A stretch of 64,000 nt of DNA from a virus (Duplodnaviria; Caudoviricetes), in the IMG/VR virus record IMGVR_UViG_3300013426_000018, positions 32,001-96,000 of that record; one strand, 5' to 3'. Every line of letters begins with the position of its first letter. The first letter of the stretch is position 1. The position numbers and the translations under genes were made by a program. Under the pieces are notes generated by a model, which worked only from the letters and a program-made list of their open reading frames with translations, did not search any database and was not told the DNA's origin. This document shows positions 32,829 to 44,945 of this stretch, piece by piece.

Positions 32829-33812
32829 TCACTCCACCCACATTTTATCAAATTCAACATAAAAAACATAACCATTAGTAGATGTTGCCTAAGTGGAAAC
32901 TTGGATTGGATATGAGTCTGTGATATTAGAAAGGTCTAGGGCATATGATTTATCAGTTTTCTCTGTTGTAGTTGTATCTTTACATAATTCAGTAGAAACC
33001 GCAGTATCTGCTAAGACAGTTAATTTAGAAGTAGTTTTAGTGACATTATTATTTCTCTACTTTACTACATGTAGATATAGGCTGTTATAATTAGTTAAAT
33101 TTATAGAGCTATTTGTTTTTATGATATAAACATTTGAACTTCTATTAGTTGAAGTAGTACCTAAAGTAATACTTGTTGTTCCTTTAGTAACATTAGAAAC
33201 TGGTGTTTTAACTGCCCCACTTGCATTTGTCATGATAGGTTCCCAACCACCGGTAATAAAATTTTCTTCATTACCTTCATTATATAAATAACCAATATGC
33301 TAACTATAGCTGGCCCCACTCATATCAATATTAATACTAGCCCAATAACTTCCTTGATAATAGATATTCCAGATTCCCTTCTCACTTATAGTAAAATTAT
33401 TCGACCCAGTAGAATTATCATCTGGAGAATATGTTTTAAATCCATTTGTAATATAATAAGAAGTTCCAGGGGGATAAATAACTGTTAGGGTTGCTTCTGA
33501 GAAATCTAATGGGGAGACTATTTCCATATTATTTTTTAACTCAATAGTACGGGTTTTAGAAGTCCCATTATAAGAGTCAGAAATCTCATATGTTCCTTCT
33601 GGCAAGTTCTCGAAAACCCAAGCATAAGTTTGTAAAGCAGAATTTGCAGGGACATTCATATCTTTTGTCTAAGCATCTATATAATTATTAGCATCTTTAC
33701 TAAACAAAGTGCTTGATAAAGTCAAATCAGATGAGGTAGTATTACTAACTTTCAAAGATACAGTAAGATTATAGAAACCATTTAAATTTACGGCATTAGT
33801 CATTCCAATCAT
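32829..33812 (-). CDS. Tail-fibre-associated protein (paralog of 34520..35497), TAG=Gln
   Basis: MIGMTNA..Ig-like segments..YLYNEGNE...TGGW...MWVE*. Confidence 0.75.
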
Positions 33813-34150
33813 GTTATTAAATTACCTCCTTTAGAAGAGTAACAAATGATTGTAGGAATGGTAATACTGGTTGCAGAAGGTCTACTTTTACTATATATAA
33901 TAACCCCTCCAGCAACTGTCTAAGCAATTGGAGCAATGGGGCAAGACTTTAAGGTAGATATATTAAAAATAACTTCAGGGATCATATCTTTAGTAATTTT
34001 AGAATTGGAAATTATTGCCTACCAAGGATAAATACGTGCAATATCAGAAAAAGAATCGTTTCCTGTCCATGTATTAGTCGGAACATTAATGTCCGTAAGA
34101 GTCAAATAAGCTAAATTTTTAATATCTTGATAAGTTTCATTCTGTGCCAT
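33809..34150 (-). CDS. Small tail-fibre-associated protein, TAG=Gln
   Basis: MAQNETY..NVPTNTW..YPW(Q)AII..ITKDMIPEVIF..GGVIIYS..ITIPTI; the stop overlaps the next ATG. Confidence 0.7.
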
Positions 34151-34502
34151 TAGTAGCATCCTCCTCACCGATAGTAGCTAAATCTTCCTGATAAGTATCT
34201 TCTACCATTTGGGCAATTGTGGTGATTAATTCTTCGTTCTAAGAAGAAACAGCAGCTAACTGCTCTCTTTCATAAGCACTCTAAATTTCTCGTAAAGTAG
34301 AAGTATTTCTCCAAGGAACTACCATTTCTCCCTCAAACATACGTCCATCTCCACGGCTCCATGCTTTTCCTCTTGGAACAATACGATATCCTTCAATATA
34401 ATCATTACATTTACCGTCAAAAATATCTGTTTCATATTCTATATAATTTTCAGAGTCTTTTGAAATATGACATTTAAAATCTTTATCTAAATAAATTATC
34501 AT
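34137..34502 (-). CDS. Tail-fibre assembly-like protein, TAG=Gln
   Basis: MIIYLDKDFKCH..FDGKC..YIEGYR.VP.G..W.R.DG..F.GEM..PW, extended through two TAGs. Confidence 0.7.
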
Positions 34503-34519
34503 TCTTTATTACCTCCTTT

Positions 34520-35497
34520 TTAAATTTCTACCCACATAGAATTAAATGTGCCTTGAGCAGAATATATAATAAAATATGGATATGCTTTATTTAATTCCAA
34601 TTTACTAATATCTGTTGCCATCTAATATACTCCAAGAGTTGTATTTGTTATTGGGGATACTGAAAAACCTGTTGAAGTAGAAGTAGTCGGGATGTTTGCG
34701 TTTGCTGGTTCTGTTTTACCTTCATTAAACCCTATATAAAAAGCCGCTGTTGACCTCATCGCTTTTGTAGCTACCCCTGTAGCACATAAAGTTTTAAATC
34801 CTATTAAATTAATAGCGTTTGTAGGAAATGCGTTACCCGCCAAATCACTAGAAGTAGAAGTTGAATTAATAGTAATACAATCATCTCCAACTGTTATCGT
34901 TGGGGATCCTTTTTTTTGAATTTTCCATCCACCAGTAAGATCAGAATACTGTTCACCATTTTTATATAGATACCATTTATCAATAAGATAAGTTTCTCCA
35001 TTACTAATAGTAAGTTTTTCATACAAGCCAGTGCTTAACTAAAAGGTCCATTCTCCACCCTCTTCTACTTTAATAGTCCATTTATCATAGTTAGAATCAC
35101 TTCGATTAATTGTTCCATTTGAATAAGAATATAAAATAGTGGTTCCAATAGAAGCAGTACAAACAGAATTCTTTGGGATATGAATCACTATAGAAGCATA
35201 AAAATAAGAAAGAGATGTTTCGTAATTTGATTTTATCTAAACTATTTTACGGTATCCTTTTGAAGAATAATTATGGATATTACTTTTAATATCTATATAC
35301 CAGTATCCCTAAGGAAGGTCTGGAAAAGTAATACTATTTCCAGAAACAGCTCGTTCATAATATTGTTGCCCGTTAGGGGGTCTATTACAACTCATCCTAA
35401 CGTATGTTCCTTCTTCTTCTGGCACAGTAATAGTTAATTTACAACTATTAGAATTTCCTATAGTAGTAACTCCACTAGTAGCATTTAAAATAGCCAT
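34520..35497 (-). CDS. Tail-fibre-associated protein, 325 aa, TAG=Gln
   Basis: Joins track ORFs 35309..35497 and 34622..35026 in one frame; YLYKNGE..LTGGW..MWVEI*. Confidence 0.75.
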
Positions 35498-35498
35498 A

Positions 35499-35921
35499 TT
35501 AGTTACCTCCTAAAATTAAAACATCTACTTTAAGAGCGACTGTCGGCTAGGTCTTTGCCCAAAAGGTTAAATAGCCTAAAGACTAACCACAACAAATAAC
35601 ATTATTATTATTATACGCCTAAACATTTGTGATTGGAGAAGCCGTTGGGGCAACAATAATATTATTATTGCTAGTAACCCCATCACAAGATACGAACTAA
35701 GCGATATATCCAGAAGTTTCATCAGCCACCCATTTGGAAATAGGTATTGTAATAGTCTATAAAGTATTCTGTATATTATCCATTTTCGTATTTAAAGAAT
35801 TTATATTTGTATTTATAGTAGAAATATTGTTTTCATTAACAATTATAGCGTCTTGCATTTCATTCAAATTAGTTGAAGTAATGACATCTCCAGAGGAATA
35901 TGTCTTTTTATTAAGAGACAT
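35499..35921 (-). CDS. Tail-fibre protein with N-terminal attachment motif, TAG=Gln (missed by the track)
   Basis: MSLNKKTYSSGDVITSTNLNEMQDAI resembles the N-terminus of 29122 (ITASNLNDIQKAI). Confidence 0.7.
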
Positions 35922-36294
35922 TTTAACTCTCCTTTCTTTGTTGTCTATCTATTCTAATTTATTTAAAAATAATCCTTAGTCTTTTTCTTCTTTTCCCCAA
36001 CTTGTCTTTTAAAAATTTTTATGATATAATATATATAGAAATAAGAGAAGGGGGACTAAATATGAAAGATGTATCTTGGAGAGCTACACATGTAAAGTTT
36101 AAAGATCTTGAAGAAGCAGCTGGACATCGACTTTCTCGTTTTGACGATATCCGCAATGGTATTTCTGGTATTACTTTGTCTATTGGAATTCCTTTTTATG
36201 AATGGGAAAAATATAGAATTACTAAAGCAGTAAAACGTCTGGGACTTTCTAATAAAAGTTGTATTTATATTAATTTTTAAGGAGTTGATACACA

Positions 36295-36744
36295 ATGCCT
36301 TATGTTGCGAAAAGTTATAAAGGACTTCCAGTAGTAGAAGAAGAATATACTAAGAATGGGCGAACCTATTGTAAAGTGCTCACTGCTAAGGGTATAGCTA
36401 AAGAAGTAAGAACTTATACTGAATCCGAATATAAAAAGATGTATGAAGTAGCTAAAACTAATTCCGTTGAAACAAAATTTGACCAGAAGAAAGCTCTTGG
36501 CTTTGACAAAGGATATATTACTATTTTTAAAGGCGCGATTGTCAAGAATGAGCACTTTTTTGAGCAGAGTTGTGCCAGATTCCATACCGCAATGGGATGG
36601 TATATTGTCTCCACAGAAGAAGTCCCTGAGTTGCCCGATGGAGTAATTGCGGTTAGGCTTAATTGGGAAGATGTCGGGGCAAATGACAAAACGCTTAAAC
36701 CTATTGAGGAAGTAAAAAAGATTGTGAAGGAGAAGACTAAATAA
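36295..36744 (+). CDS. Hypothetical phage protein
   Basis: AAGGAG RBS, TAG-free ORF. Confidence 0.8.
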   Translation: MPYVAKSYKGLPVVEEEYTKNGRTYCKVLTAKGIAKEVRTYTESEYKKMYEVAKTNSVETKFDQKKALGFDKGYITIFKGAIVKNEHFFEQSCARFHTAMGWYIVSTEEVPELPDGVIAVRLNWEDVGANDKTLKPIEEVKKIVKEKTK

Positions 36745-37151
36745 TGAGATTTACTAATAGACAAATGTATAAAGCTATTATTTTTCGTTTAAGCGAGGGG
36801 CCAATCACCTTTGATCTTCAGCCAACTAATGAAGAACTGTGTCAATTCTGTGCAGAACGTATTGCTTTACTTGATAAAAATAATGAAAAGGCTAAGGAAA
36901 AGCGTGCAGAAACCGCAGAAAATGATGAAATGCTTAACGCAATTTATGAATCAGTAAAGTCTGATGATTATAAGACTATTGATGATATCATATCGGATGT
37001 CTGTATGACCTATCCAGATGTCTCAGCCGCAAAGGCAATTAATCGCCTTACTAAGTTGATTTCTTCTGGGAAAGTAGAAAAAATGAATGGGTTTATTATT
37101 GATTCAGATGGAAAGAAAAGAAAAGCTATGATGTATAAAGCTATTGTTTGA
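36744..37151 (+). CDS. Small winged-helix protein (family of 14613 and 15609)
   Basis: KAKEKRAETAENDEMLNAI..KTIDDI..VSAAKAINRLTKLISSGKVEK. Confidence 0.7.
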   Translation: MRFTNRQMYKAIIFRLSEGPITFDLQPTNEELCQFCAERIALLDKNNEKAKEKRAETAENDEMLNAIYESVKSDDYKTIDDIISDVCMTYPDVSAAKAINRLTKLISSGKVEKMNGFIIDSDGKKRKAMMYKAIV

Positions 37152-37505
37152 TTACATTTATATTATACCAAAAAAATTTTGTTTTGTCAATTTTTGGACT
37201 TTATAAAAAATTTTTAGTATAATATATTTGTAAAGTTTGAAAGGAGAAAACAAATATGAAATTTTATAAGGTAAAATTTAATGTAGTAAATGCTAATGAT
37301 ATTCTTAAACATACTGTCGCTTATCTGTTTTCACCTTTGAATAGTAAAAAAGAAATCTCTAAATATATGTTTAACGTATGGGCTAAGCGATATCCAAAAG
37401 GATTTATTCTTTTTGACATTGAGGAAATTTCTTTAGAGACTTTCATTAAAGAAAATAAAGAAAATCTTCATACGATGGTTCTTTCTATCATTGAGGAGGA
37501 TTAAT

Positions 37506-37799
37506 ATGCCTGCGTTTAGAAAAGCTAAATATACTATTGAACAAACTCAGGAATTAACTATGAGAGCGCTTGCGGTTCTTCAAGATTCTTCAACTCCTTT
37601 GACTATTCAAGAGATTTGCGGGAATGACATAAATCTGACAAATCAGACACCGCAGAAGATGGCAAGAGTACTTTCTAGTCTTTGTGAAATGGGCATGGTT
37701 AAGAAAACCAAAAGTAAGGGCAAAGGAAATAAAATGGTTTATGCGTCGGTAAGTTCCCTTGAAGATGCTGGATATGACATTAATAACTTTGTTTGTTAG
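37506..37799 (+). CDS. Small winged-helix protein
   Basis: PLTIQEIC..TPQKMARVLSSLCEMGMVKK..MVY. Ends at TAG; a TAA follows three codons later. Confidence 0.75.
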   Translation: MPAFRKAKYTIEQTQELTMRALAVLQDSSTPLTIQEICGNDINLTNQTPQKMARVLSSLCEMGMVKKTKSKGKGNKMVYASVSSLEDAGYDINNFVC

Positions 37800-37810
37800 G
37801 GGGCATAATT

Positions 37811-38572
37811 ATGAATTGGCAAGATAGAGTAATTGAGCACTTGCGCGACCCTTTACTTGATGAGTATAGGGATAGGCTACTCTTTATCGGCGCACAGGGT
37901 AGTCAGAATCACGCCGAGTTAGCCACTACTAACTCGGACATGGATACTGTAGCGCTTGTTTTGCCTACTATGGAAGATGTTATTACTCTTGATACTTCTA
38001 ATTATGCTAAATGCCTTATTAGAGAAAATGGCGAACATATCAAAGTATATGATTTTCGTTATTGGATCAATCTTCTCTATAAGCAGAATATGAATGACGT
38101 AGAGCTTCTTTTTACGGATTACTATATGCCCTTGATGCATTCTACTGGTGCTTGTTGGAATGACCTTCTTCCTATGAGAGAACGAATCGCACGTTATAAC
38201 CCTGGCCGTACAGTTAGAACATCTCTTGGTATTATGGATTCCCGCATTAAAATTGCTAAAAACCATAGAGATGATTATGAAAATGTCTTTAAACAGTTTA
38301 AGAATTGTTATTTTCTTAATTGCTTTATTGGGGCATATACCAGCGGCCACAAATATAAAGATTGCCTTACTTTCTGTAATGGGGCAGATTTTGATGGCTA
38401 TAGAAATATGTCCGTAGAAGACTTCATTGAATGTATGGAACTTTATAAAGAAGCAAGTGAAGATAGATATCAACAGAATTATATTGGTAAGCTTGGAAAC
38501 GCTAATGATGAAAGTGTGCGGCAAGATCTTACTGAATGGGCGACTCGATTGATGAGGGAGAATATCGAATGA
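37811..38572 (+). CDS. Pol-beta-superfamily nucleotidyltransferase
   Basis: GAQGSQNH..SDMDT (GS..DxD) and KQNMNDVELLFT. Confidence 0.8.
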   Translation: MNWQDRVIEHLRDPLLDEYRDRLLFIGAQGSQNHAELATTNSDMDTVALVLPTMEDVITLDTSNYAKCLIRENGEHIKVYDFRYWINLLYKQNMNDVELLFTDYYMPLMHSTGACWNDLLPMRERIARYNPGRTVRTSLGIMDSRIKIAKNHRDDYENVFKQFKNCYFLNCFIGAYTSGHKYKDCLTFCNGADFDGYRNMSVEDFIECMELYKEASEDRYQQNYIGKLGNANDESVRQDLTEWATRLMRENIE

Positions 38573-38955
38573 ATGGTATAACTGTTTTGTCTGTTGGAGA
38601 ATATACACAGACTATTGGTGGAGTTTGGACTATTGGAGCTGTTTTGCCACTAGTATTTGGCATTCTTGCTCTTATTCTTGGAGCTATGGCCTTTTTTGCT
38701 TCTGATACTGCTGGTTGTTTTGTTGGGCTATTTGCTTGTTTCATTGGTGGATGTATGATCGCTTTTTCTATACAAGAATATAAAAATAGTGGTCCGCAAA
38801 TTAGTATTCCACAATATAAAGTAATAGTATCAGATTCAGTGCCTTATAATGAATTTGTTGAAAAATATAATGTGTTAGATATAGAAGGCAAGATTTATAC
38901 CATTATCGATAAAGAAGAGTACGAAGCCGCAATAGCAGAGATTGAGGGGAGCTAA
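38569..38955 (+). CDS. Membrane protein (2 TM)
   Basis: Hydrophobic hairpin; a degenerate paralog begins at about 43030. Confidence 0.7.
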   Translation: MNGITVLSVGEYTQTIGGVWTIGAVLPLVFGILALILGAMAFFASDTAGCFVGLFACFIGGCMIAFSIQEYKNSGPQISIPQYKVIVSDSVPYNEFVEKYNVLDIEGKIYTIIDKEEYEAAIAEIEGS

Positions 38956-39276
38956 ATGCTCTCCTTTTTTTGTTTTTATATAAAAATTTTGGTATAATAT
39001 ATTTAGGAAAAGAAAAGGAAAGATTGATTATGAATATTTCTAACTATGATGTATATACTCAGCGCATGAAGATTGGCAAAGAGAGAAAAGTGAATGCTAT
39101 CTTTGGGCTTGGCCGCATCATGTGCTTGCCGCAATGGAAGGTAGTATGAGAGTAGAAATTAATGAAGATTTCAGAATTGTGCCGCAAATTAGGCAAATTG
39201 AAAGAGATTTTTGTATTAAGTTGCTTGATGATTTATTTACTCATCACAAAATGCTACTTACGAGGGAGAAAAAATA

Positions 39277-39492
39277 ATGAAAATTGAAGATAAGCGTCCT
39301 TATAATTATAAAAGATTTAGAGATATTGATATGGGAACTTGCTTTGAATGGGATCATAGTCCCTTCTTAAAGGTTAAAGATTATGCTAAAACACCTTATG
39401 GAGTTGCTCTCCATACGGGAGACTTGCTTTCTTTTGAAGGCGATGAAAAGGTAACTCCTCTGAAGAATGTTAAAGTAGTTATTGGGGAGTGA
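39277..39492 (+). CDS. Small beta-rich protein (paralog family)
   Basis: RFRDIDMGTCFEW..FLKV..VALHTG. Confidence 0.7.
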   Translation: MKIEDKRPYNYKRFRDIDMGTCFEWDHSPFLKVKDYAKTPYGVALHTGDLLSFEGDEKVTPLKNVKVVIGE

Positions 39493-39496
39493 TATA

Positions 39497-39733
39497 ATGG
39501 ATATTAAAGTAAAAGATAATAGAATACTATCAGCAAGATTTCTTGATATTTGTTATGGAGATTTTTTTATTTATGATGGTAATGTCCATATAAAAACAGA
39601 GGGTTTTCATGTGGACAATGGTCCGATGGAAAAATTTTATAATAGCATTGATACTAATGGTAATTTTCGTTATTTTGTTCCTGCTGTTTTGATTAATCTT
39701 ATTAAGAAGATGACTCTTGCTATTGAGGGGTAA
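39497..39733 (+). CDS. Small beta-rich protein (paralog family)
   Basis: RFLDICYGDFFIY..HIKT..YNSIDTNG. Confidence 0.7.
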   Translation: MDIKVKDNRILSARFLDICYGDFFIYDGNVHIKTEGFHVDNGPMEKFYNSIDTNGNFRYFVPAVLINLIKKMTLAIEG

Positions 39734-39735
39734 TT

Positions 39736-40062
39736 ATGGGAAAGAAAAAGAAATATTATAAGAAGCCAGAAGTAAAGGAAGAGCTTCCTGATACTCCTGA
39801 AAGACGTGCTCAGCTTATTAAATCTTATGAGGGGCAAATTGCGTATTGTTATAAACGCATCGCAAAAGCTCAAAAGAAAGTCAACTCGAATAAAAAGCAT
39901 CGTTGGTGGACCACAGAAAGCATGCTCAGTGAGCAGCGACATTTTTATAAGAACATAGTAGAATGGCAGAGACGCATTGACGCATGTAAGAATGGTTCCC
40001 CACTTGATTTTCTTGGTAGCAAGTTGAGTAAAGGGCAGAAAGAGGGGAAAAATAATGGGTAA
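39736..40062 (+). CDS. Basic hypothetical protein
   Basis: GAGGGG RBS; operon context. Confidence 0.7.
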   Translation: MGKKKKYYKKPEVKEELPDTPERRAQLIKSYEGQIAYCYKRIAKAQKKVNSNKKHRWWTTESMLSEQRHFYKNIVEWQRRIDACKNGSPLDFLGSKLSKGQKEGKNNG

Positions 40063-40584
40063 AATTTCTAGTTCTCTTTTTTATCAGTTGGCTAAAGCCT
40101 TAGCAGAAGATAAAACAACGACTTACGATGATGTTGAGACTCTTATTGAGCAGACATTAGTATCTTGTAATGAAGAGTATCTTGATGGTTTGAAACTTTT
40201 ATGGATGCGTCGATTTGAAGTAAGACAAGATAAATTGAAAGAAAAGGATAATGATTATGGACGAGGAATCTATTCGTAATTTTTGGATAAGCCAGGAAAA
40301 GCCTAAAAACTTGCCTAAAAATTGGACTTGGGTAAATGATATGATAAATGTTTCAGAGCTTTTTAGTGCTTATAAAATTTTACATCCTGACAAAGAGCCT
40401 GCCATTCAACTTTTGCATTATATTTGTGCTCCATGGAAGATGAAAGAAGAAGTAGAATTTTGGTTTTCAAATTATATAACAGAAAATTTTATTTATATTT
40501 GGCGACCTATGTTTTGTGACCCTGATTATGAACCAGATATTGAAACAGATTTTTATCTTGATATTTTGGAGGACGATGAAGATT

Positions 40585-40998
40585 ATGAAGAAGAAGAGGA
40601 CGAATAATATCACTTTTGGATTATTCAGTAGTAAGAATATTATTTAGAATATTAAAGATGTTCCTATTTATTTTAAACGTTTATGGTTTCTTTTAAATCA
40701 TGGCTATTCTTCTGTGGCTCAATGGGAGACTTATCAATGGTTTATACATGTTATGTAGGAAATTTTTATTAATTACAAGTATCATCGTGAAGGAGACATT
40801 CCTTTTGAGAATTGTCCAGAAGAAAAGTGGAGTGAAAAGAATAACGAACTTTATGAAGTTTTATTGAGTTATTTAGATAAAATGGATGAGGAAAAATATT
40901 CTTATTCTATGTGGACTAAAGAGAAGCAAGACAGAATTAAGGTAAAAAATAAATTCTTTCAAGTATTTGCGGAATACTTTTATGATTTTTGGGATTAA
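40585..40998 (+). CDS. Hypothetical protein with two TAG (missed by the track)
   Basis: MKKKRTNNITFGLF..II(Q)NIKDVPIYFKRLWFLLNHGY...FYDFWD*. Confidence 0.65.
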
Positions 40999-41349
40999 GT
41001 AGGTAAATTATTTTTTGCTTTTTCTTAAAATTTTTATTATAGTATTTATAGAAAAAGAAAGAGGTTAATGAGTATGGATAGAGCTCCTGGTATTATGACC
41101 GTTAAGGAAATGAAGGAAATTCTTAATGACTACTCCGACAATGATAAAGTTTATATTCTCTCTCTACATTACGATGACCACTCTGTGGCTATCCTGAACG
41201 TGCGGAATATTGATACGAATAATGGAGAAGAGATTCTCTACGATAATAGTGAGAATTGGTAATGACGCCAAAAAAATTCTCGGCGTCAGGACAATTTTAG
41301 AAAATAATGTCAATACATTTTTTATATCTTTATGAAAGGAGCTTAGAAG

Positions 41350-41490
41350 ATGAAAAAAGAAAGTAAAATTGAGTTGCGTATTGATAAAGAAACTAAACAA
41401 AAGTTTATTGAATATGCAAAAAAAATTAATAAAAATATTAGCTCTATTCTTAGAGATTTTATAGAGGAGTGCATTGATAAAAATGGGTAA
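41350..41490 (+). CDS. Ribbon-helix-helix DNA-binding protein
   Basis: MKKESKIELRIDKETKQKFIEYAKKINKNISSILRDFIEE; overlaps the start of the endonuclease. Confidence 0.75.
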   Translation: MKKESKIELRIDKETKQKFIEYAKKINKNISSILRDFIEECIDKNG

Positions 41491-42231
41491 ATTGTATAGA
41501 TTTAACTGGTTAGCGTTTTGGTAAATTGACTGTAATTGAAAGAGATTTAAATTATGCGAAAGAGCATAATTTAAAATGTTAGACTGGGGTTTATTGGAAA
41601 TGTCAATGTGATTGTAGGAATTTTAAAACTGTTAGCACAACTAATTTAAATGCTGGTAAAAAAGTTAATAGAAATTTTAGTTGTGGAAAATGTCGAGCTT
41701 AGGTTAGAGATCTTACTGGAATGACTTTTGGAAAACTTACAGTATTAGGGTTAGATGAAACTTATTTATCTAAAAGAAAATATTGGGAATATAAATGGCT
41801 TTGTAAATGTGAATGTGGTAATATAGTTTCTGTTTATGGAAATAATTTAACAAGATTTACATACTACTTCTTGTGGTTGTATTAATTATTCAGTAGGAGA
41901 AAAAAATATTGAATAGCTTTTAAATAAGTATAATATTAAATTTATTCCTCAATATAGTTTTGAAGATTTAAAATCAGTAACAAAATTACGTTTTGATTTT
42001 GCTATATTTGATAAAAATAATCAATTATATGAATTAATTGAATTTGATGGTAGATAGCATATGAATAATTATATTCCGTGGAATTCTAAAGAAACTTTAG
42101 AAGAACGTTAGCGTCGAGATCAAATAAAAAATGATTATTGTAACAAGAATGGGATTAAATTAATTAGAATTCCTTATACTAAAAGAGATTCTATAACTTT
42201 ATCTTTATTAGAATTAGAGGAGGTAATATAA
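41483..42231 (+). pseudogene. Free-standing Vsr-like/DUF559-type homing endonuclease with two frameshifts
   Basis: DLTG(Q)RFGKLTV..WKCQCDC repeats; LRFDFAI..IEFDGR(Q)H..RDQIKNDYC..LIRIPY. Frame breaks near 41495 and 41855. Confidence 0.8.
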
Positions 42232-43029
42232 TTGAATTACTATCTTACGGGCGATTGTCACGGAGATTTTTCGCGTTTTTATGATTTTACTAAAGATATA
42301 GACCCGAAAAATTGTTGCTTTATTTGCTTGGGAGACTTCTGCGCAAATTATTATTTAAATAAGACTGACTATAAAAATAAAAAAAGATTAAATTCATTAG
42401 GAAGTCAATTTTATATAATCCGAGGCAATCATGAACAACGCCCGTCTCTTATCCCTACTATTCAATGGGCCTATGATGAACAAGTCAGTGGCATTGTAGG
42501 CACTGAACCAGAGTTTCCCAATATTCATTATTTTAAAGATGATGTAAATGAGTATATTATTAATGAGTATAAATGTTTAATTGTTCCTGGAGCATTTAGT
42601 GTCGATGGAGAATATAGACGTCAAAGAACACTTAGTAATGGTTGGTGCGGCTGGTGGGAAAATGAACAGCTTACGCAAGAAGAAATGGATGCAGGATTCG
42701 CACTTGCCGCAAATAAATCTTATGATTTTATTCTTAGCCATACTTGTCCAATTTCCATTGGGCCTACAGATTTATTTCTTTCTGTGGTGAATCAGAAAGA
42801 AGTTGACAAGACTATGGAAAATTATTTGGAAAAGATTAAGGAAAATACTTCTTTTAAGTGCCTTTGCTTTGGGCATTATCATTCTGATCGTCTTGAACGT
42901 CCAAACGCACAGATGTTCTTCCAAGAGGTAGAATCAATGGATGACATTTTTGCACGAGTGACACAGCCTGTGACCGCACCTGATTATAAGCATATTAAAT
43001 CACCTAATTATTATATGGAGGATAATTAA
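42232..43029 (+). CDS. Calcineurin-like metallophosphoesterase
   Basis: GDCHG, LGD, RGNHE, SHTCP, FGHYH. Confidence 0.92.
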   Translation: MNYYLTGDCHGDFSRFYDFTKDIDPKNCCFICLGDFCANYYLNKTDYKNKKRLNSLGSQFYIIRGNHEQRPSLIPTIQWAYDEQVSGIVGTEPEFPNIHYFKDDVNEYIINEYKCLIVPGAFSVDGEYRRQRTLSNGWCGWWENEQLTQEEMDAGFALAANKSYDFILSHTCPISIGPTDLFLSVVNQKEVDKTMENYLEKIKENTSFKCLCFGHYHSDRLERPNAQMFFQEVESMDDIFARVTQPVTAPDYKHIKSPNYYMEDN

Positions 43030-43532
43030 ATGGACGGAATCACTGTTGTAAATACTATTCAGGGCATTGTTGGTTATGGTAATGGTTGGAGCTTTTAGGT
43101 AATACCAAGCCAAGCCAATTTATGGCCCTCAACAAGTTGTTCTCATAGATGATGATGTTTCATTTAATGATTTTATGGATAGATATGTGATTGTTGCTCA
43201 TGAGGGTGAACTCTATACTATTTATGAAAAGTAAATTTTTGTAATAATTAAAAATTTTTAGTATAATATTTATAGAAAGATTAAGAAAGGGAGTTGTGAA
43301 ATATGTATTCTGTTTATTTTACTGCTACAGTTTATGAAGATAATGGCACTCATCGGGTTGAATGTGGGGCTATTACCAATATTAATAGCTATGTTGATGC
43401 TATGAAAAAGCTTGAAAATTTTTATGGAGATACTCTTGATAAAATCGAAATTAAGTTATTTGATACTGAGATGATGGTTTTTACTCCTGAAGATGGCATT
43501 CGCATTCAGGAAATTCTGGCAGGTAATGCCTT

Positions 43533-43997
43533 TTGAATTGTGATAGTTGCGTAATTGCCCATCTTGGAATTAATGGAAATTGCCCAATTTTTAATAGAGA
43601 TATGTAGGGAAATGATGGTTGTCCAATGTATGCTTCTAAATTAAACCCTTGTGGGATTTGTGGCGGCCATATTATGGGTGAATCTATTATTGATCGAGAT
43701 GAATAGGGTAATTTTCATCAAATTTGTGTCGGATGCTCAGCAAGGGAAGAATGTAATATTTGCGTAAATGCTGGGGCATGTCAATTTGATAATATGAATA
43801 TCCATCCTGAAATTCAGCCCTATATTATGAAAGTGGAGCGACAGGGGCCAATGACAATTCAAAGACAAGCTCCAAATGAAAAACGAATTGAAGTAATTTG
43901 TAAAGAATGCTTGTGCTATAATTCAGAAGATAAAGAAAAATATTGTTGTAAACAAATTGGCGGATGTAAGAATTACAAAGTGAATTGGAGAGATTAA
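43533..43997 (+). CDS. Cys-rich protein, TAG=Gln
   Basis: TTG start overlapping the previous stop; many CxxC; in frame with track ORF 43794. Confidence 0.65.
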
Positions 43998-43998
43998 T

Positions 43999-44367
43999 AT
44001 GTATCATTGGCTTACTAGCAAGAACGTTAAAGTTCATCAACGTAGAATGAATAAGCGTATACGTGATTTTAACAATAATATCAAAAATGATAGCCTTTGG
44101 CGAGGACGCTTTTATGTTCATCAGGTTGGGAGACAGAGGCTCACTTATGAAGATGGTAGCGGTATGGAGTTGTGGGTAATTCTTGAACTTGTTGACCGCA
44201 AAACTGGACGCACTAAGCGGATTTCTGGCACTGTTAACCATTTGACGTTTACCGGAGACCTTTGGATGGCAATGAATTCTTTTATAGTGGATACAATTTC
44301 TGTTTGGTCAGAAGACCCTCGTCCGGGCACAAAAGAGTGGTTTGAGAATATTGATTGGGAGGAATAA
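43999..44367 (+). CDS. Hypothetical phage protein
   Basis: GGAG RBS; operon context. Confidence 0.75.
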   Translation: MYHWLTSKNVKVHQRRMNKRIRDFNNNIKNDSLWRGRFYVHQVGRQRLTYEDGSGMELWVILELVDRKTGRTKRISGTVNHLTFTGDLWMAMNSFIVDTISVWSEDPRPGTKEWFENIDWEE

Positions 44368-44945
44368 ATATGTTTTATATTAATTTAATTTTTCTATTTA
44401 TTTGGGTTTTTTCTTTGATAGTTGAAATTTCTAATAAGGGAAGTGAGGAGGATATTTTCCATAATGCAGTATGGATTTTTAATTTTGCTTATCTTGTTTT
44501 ATGGTCTTCTTCTTTGGCCCTCCCTATTGCCGTTTCTTATGGTATTGAGATTTTCCTTGCAACTATTTGGGGCATTGATACTTATAAGCTCTATAAAGTA
44601 GGCAACAGTGTCAAATCTATCTCTTTGATAATGATGGTCTTATGGATTGTAGCAATTATTATGAGAATTAAAGGAGCTATTTAATTAGTTCCTTTTTTGT
44701 TTTTTATTAAAAATTTTGTTATAATATTTATGTAAAAAAGATAAGGAATGAGGTATGAATTATGGATGACGTATTCGGTTGCATGTTTGTGCGGAAACAG
44801 ATGATTGACGATTTTATCGAAGTTCTTGGGGCTACAGATGATCCAAATGATTATAGTAATCAAGTGGATGCCGCACGATGTGTAGGTATTAATATGAATG
44901 ATTTGACCACTGACGAAATTGAGTACATTGAAAGGAAGCTTAGTA

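Noticed and set aside
29122-35921. Diversity-generating retroelement acting on tail genes
   Set aside because: No reverse transcriptase and no template/variable repeat pair with adenine-specific mismatches seen.
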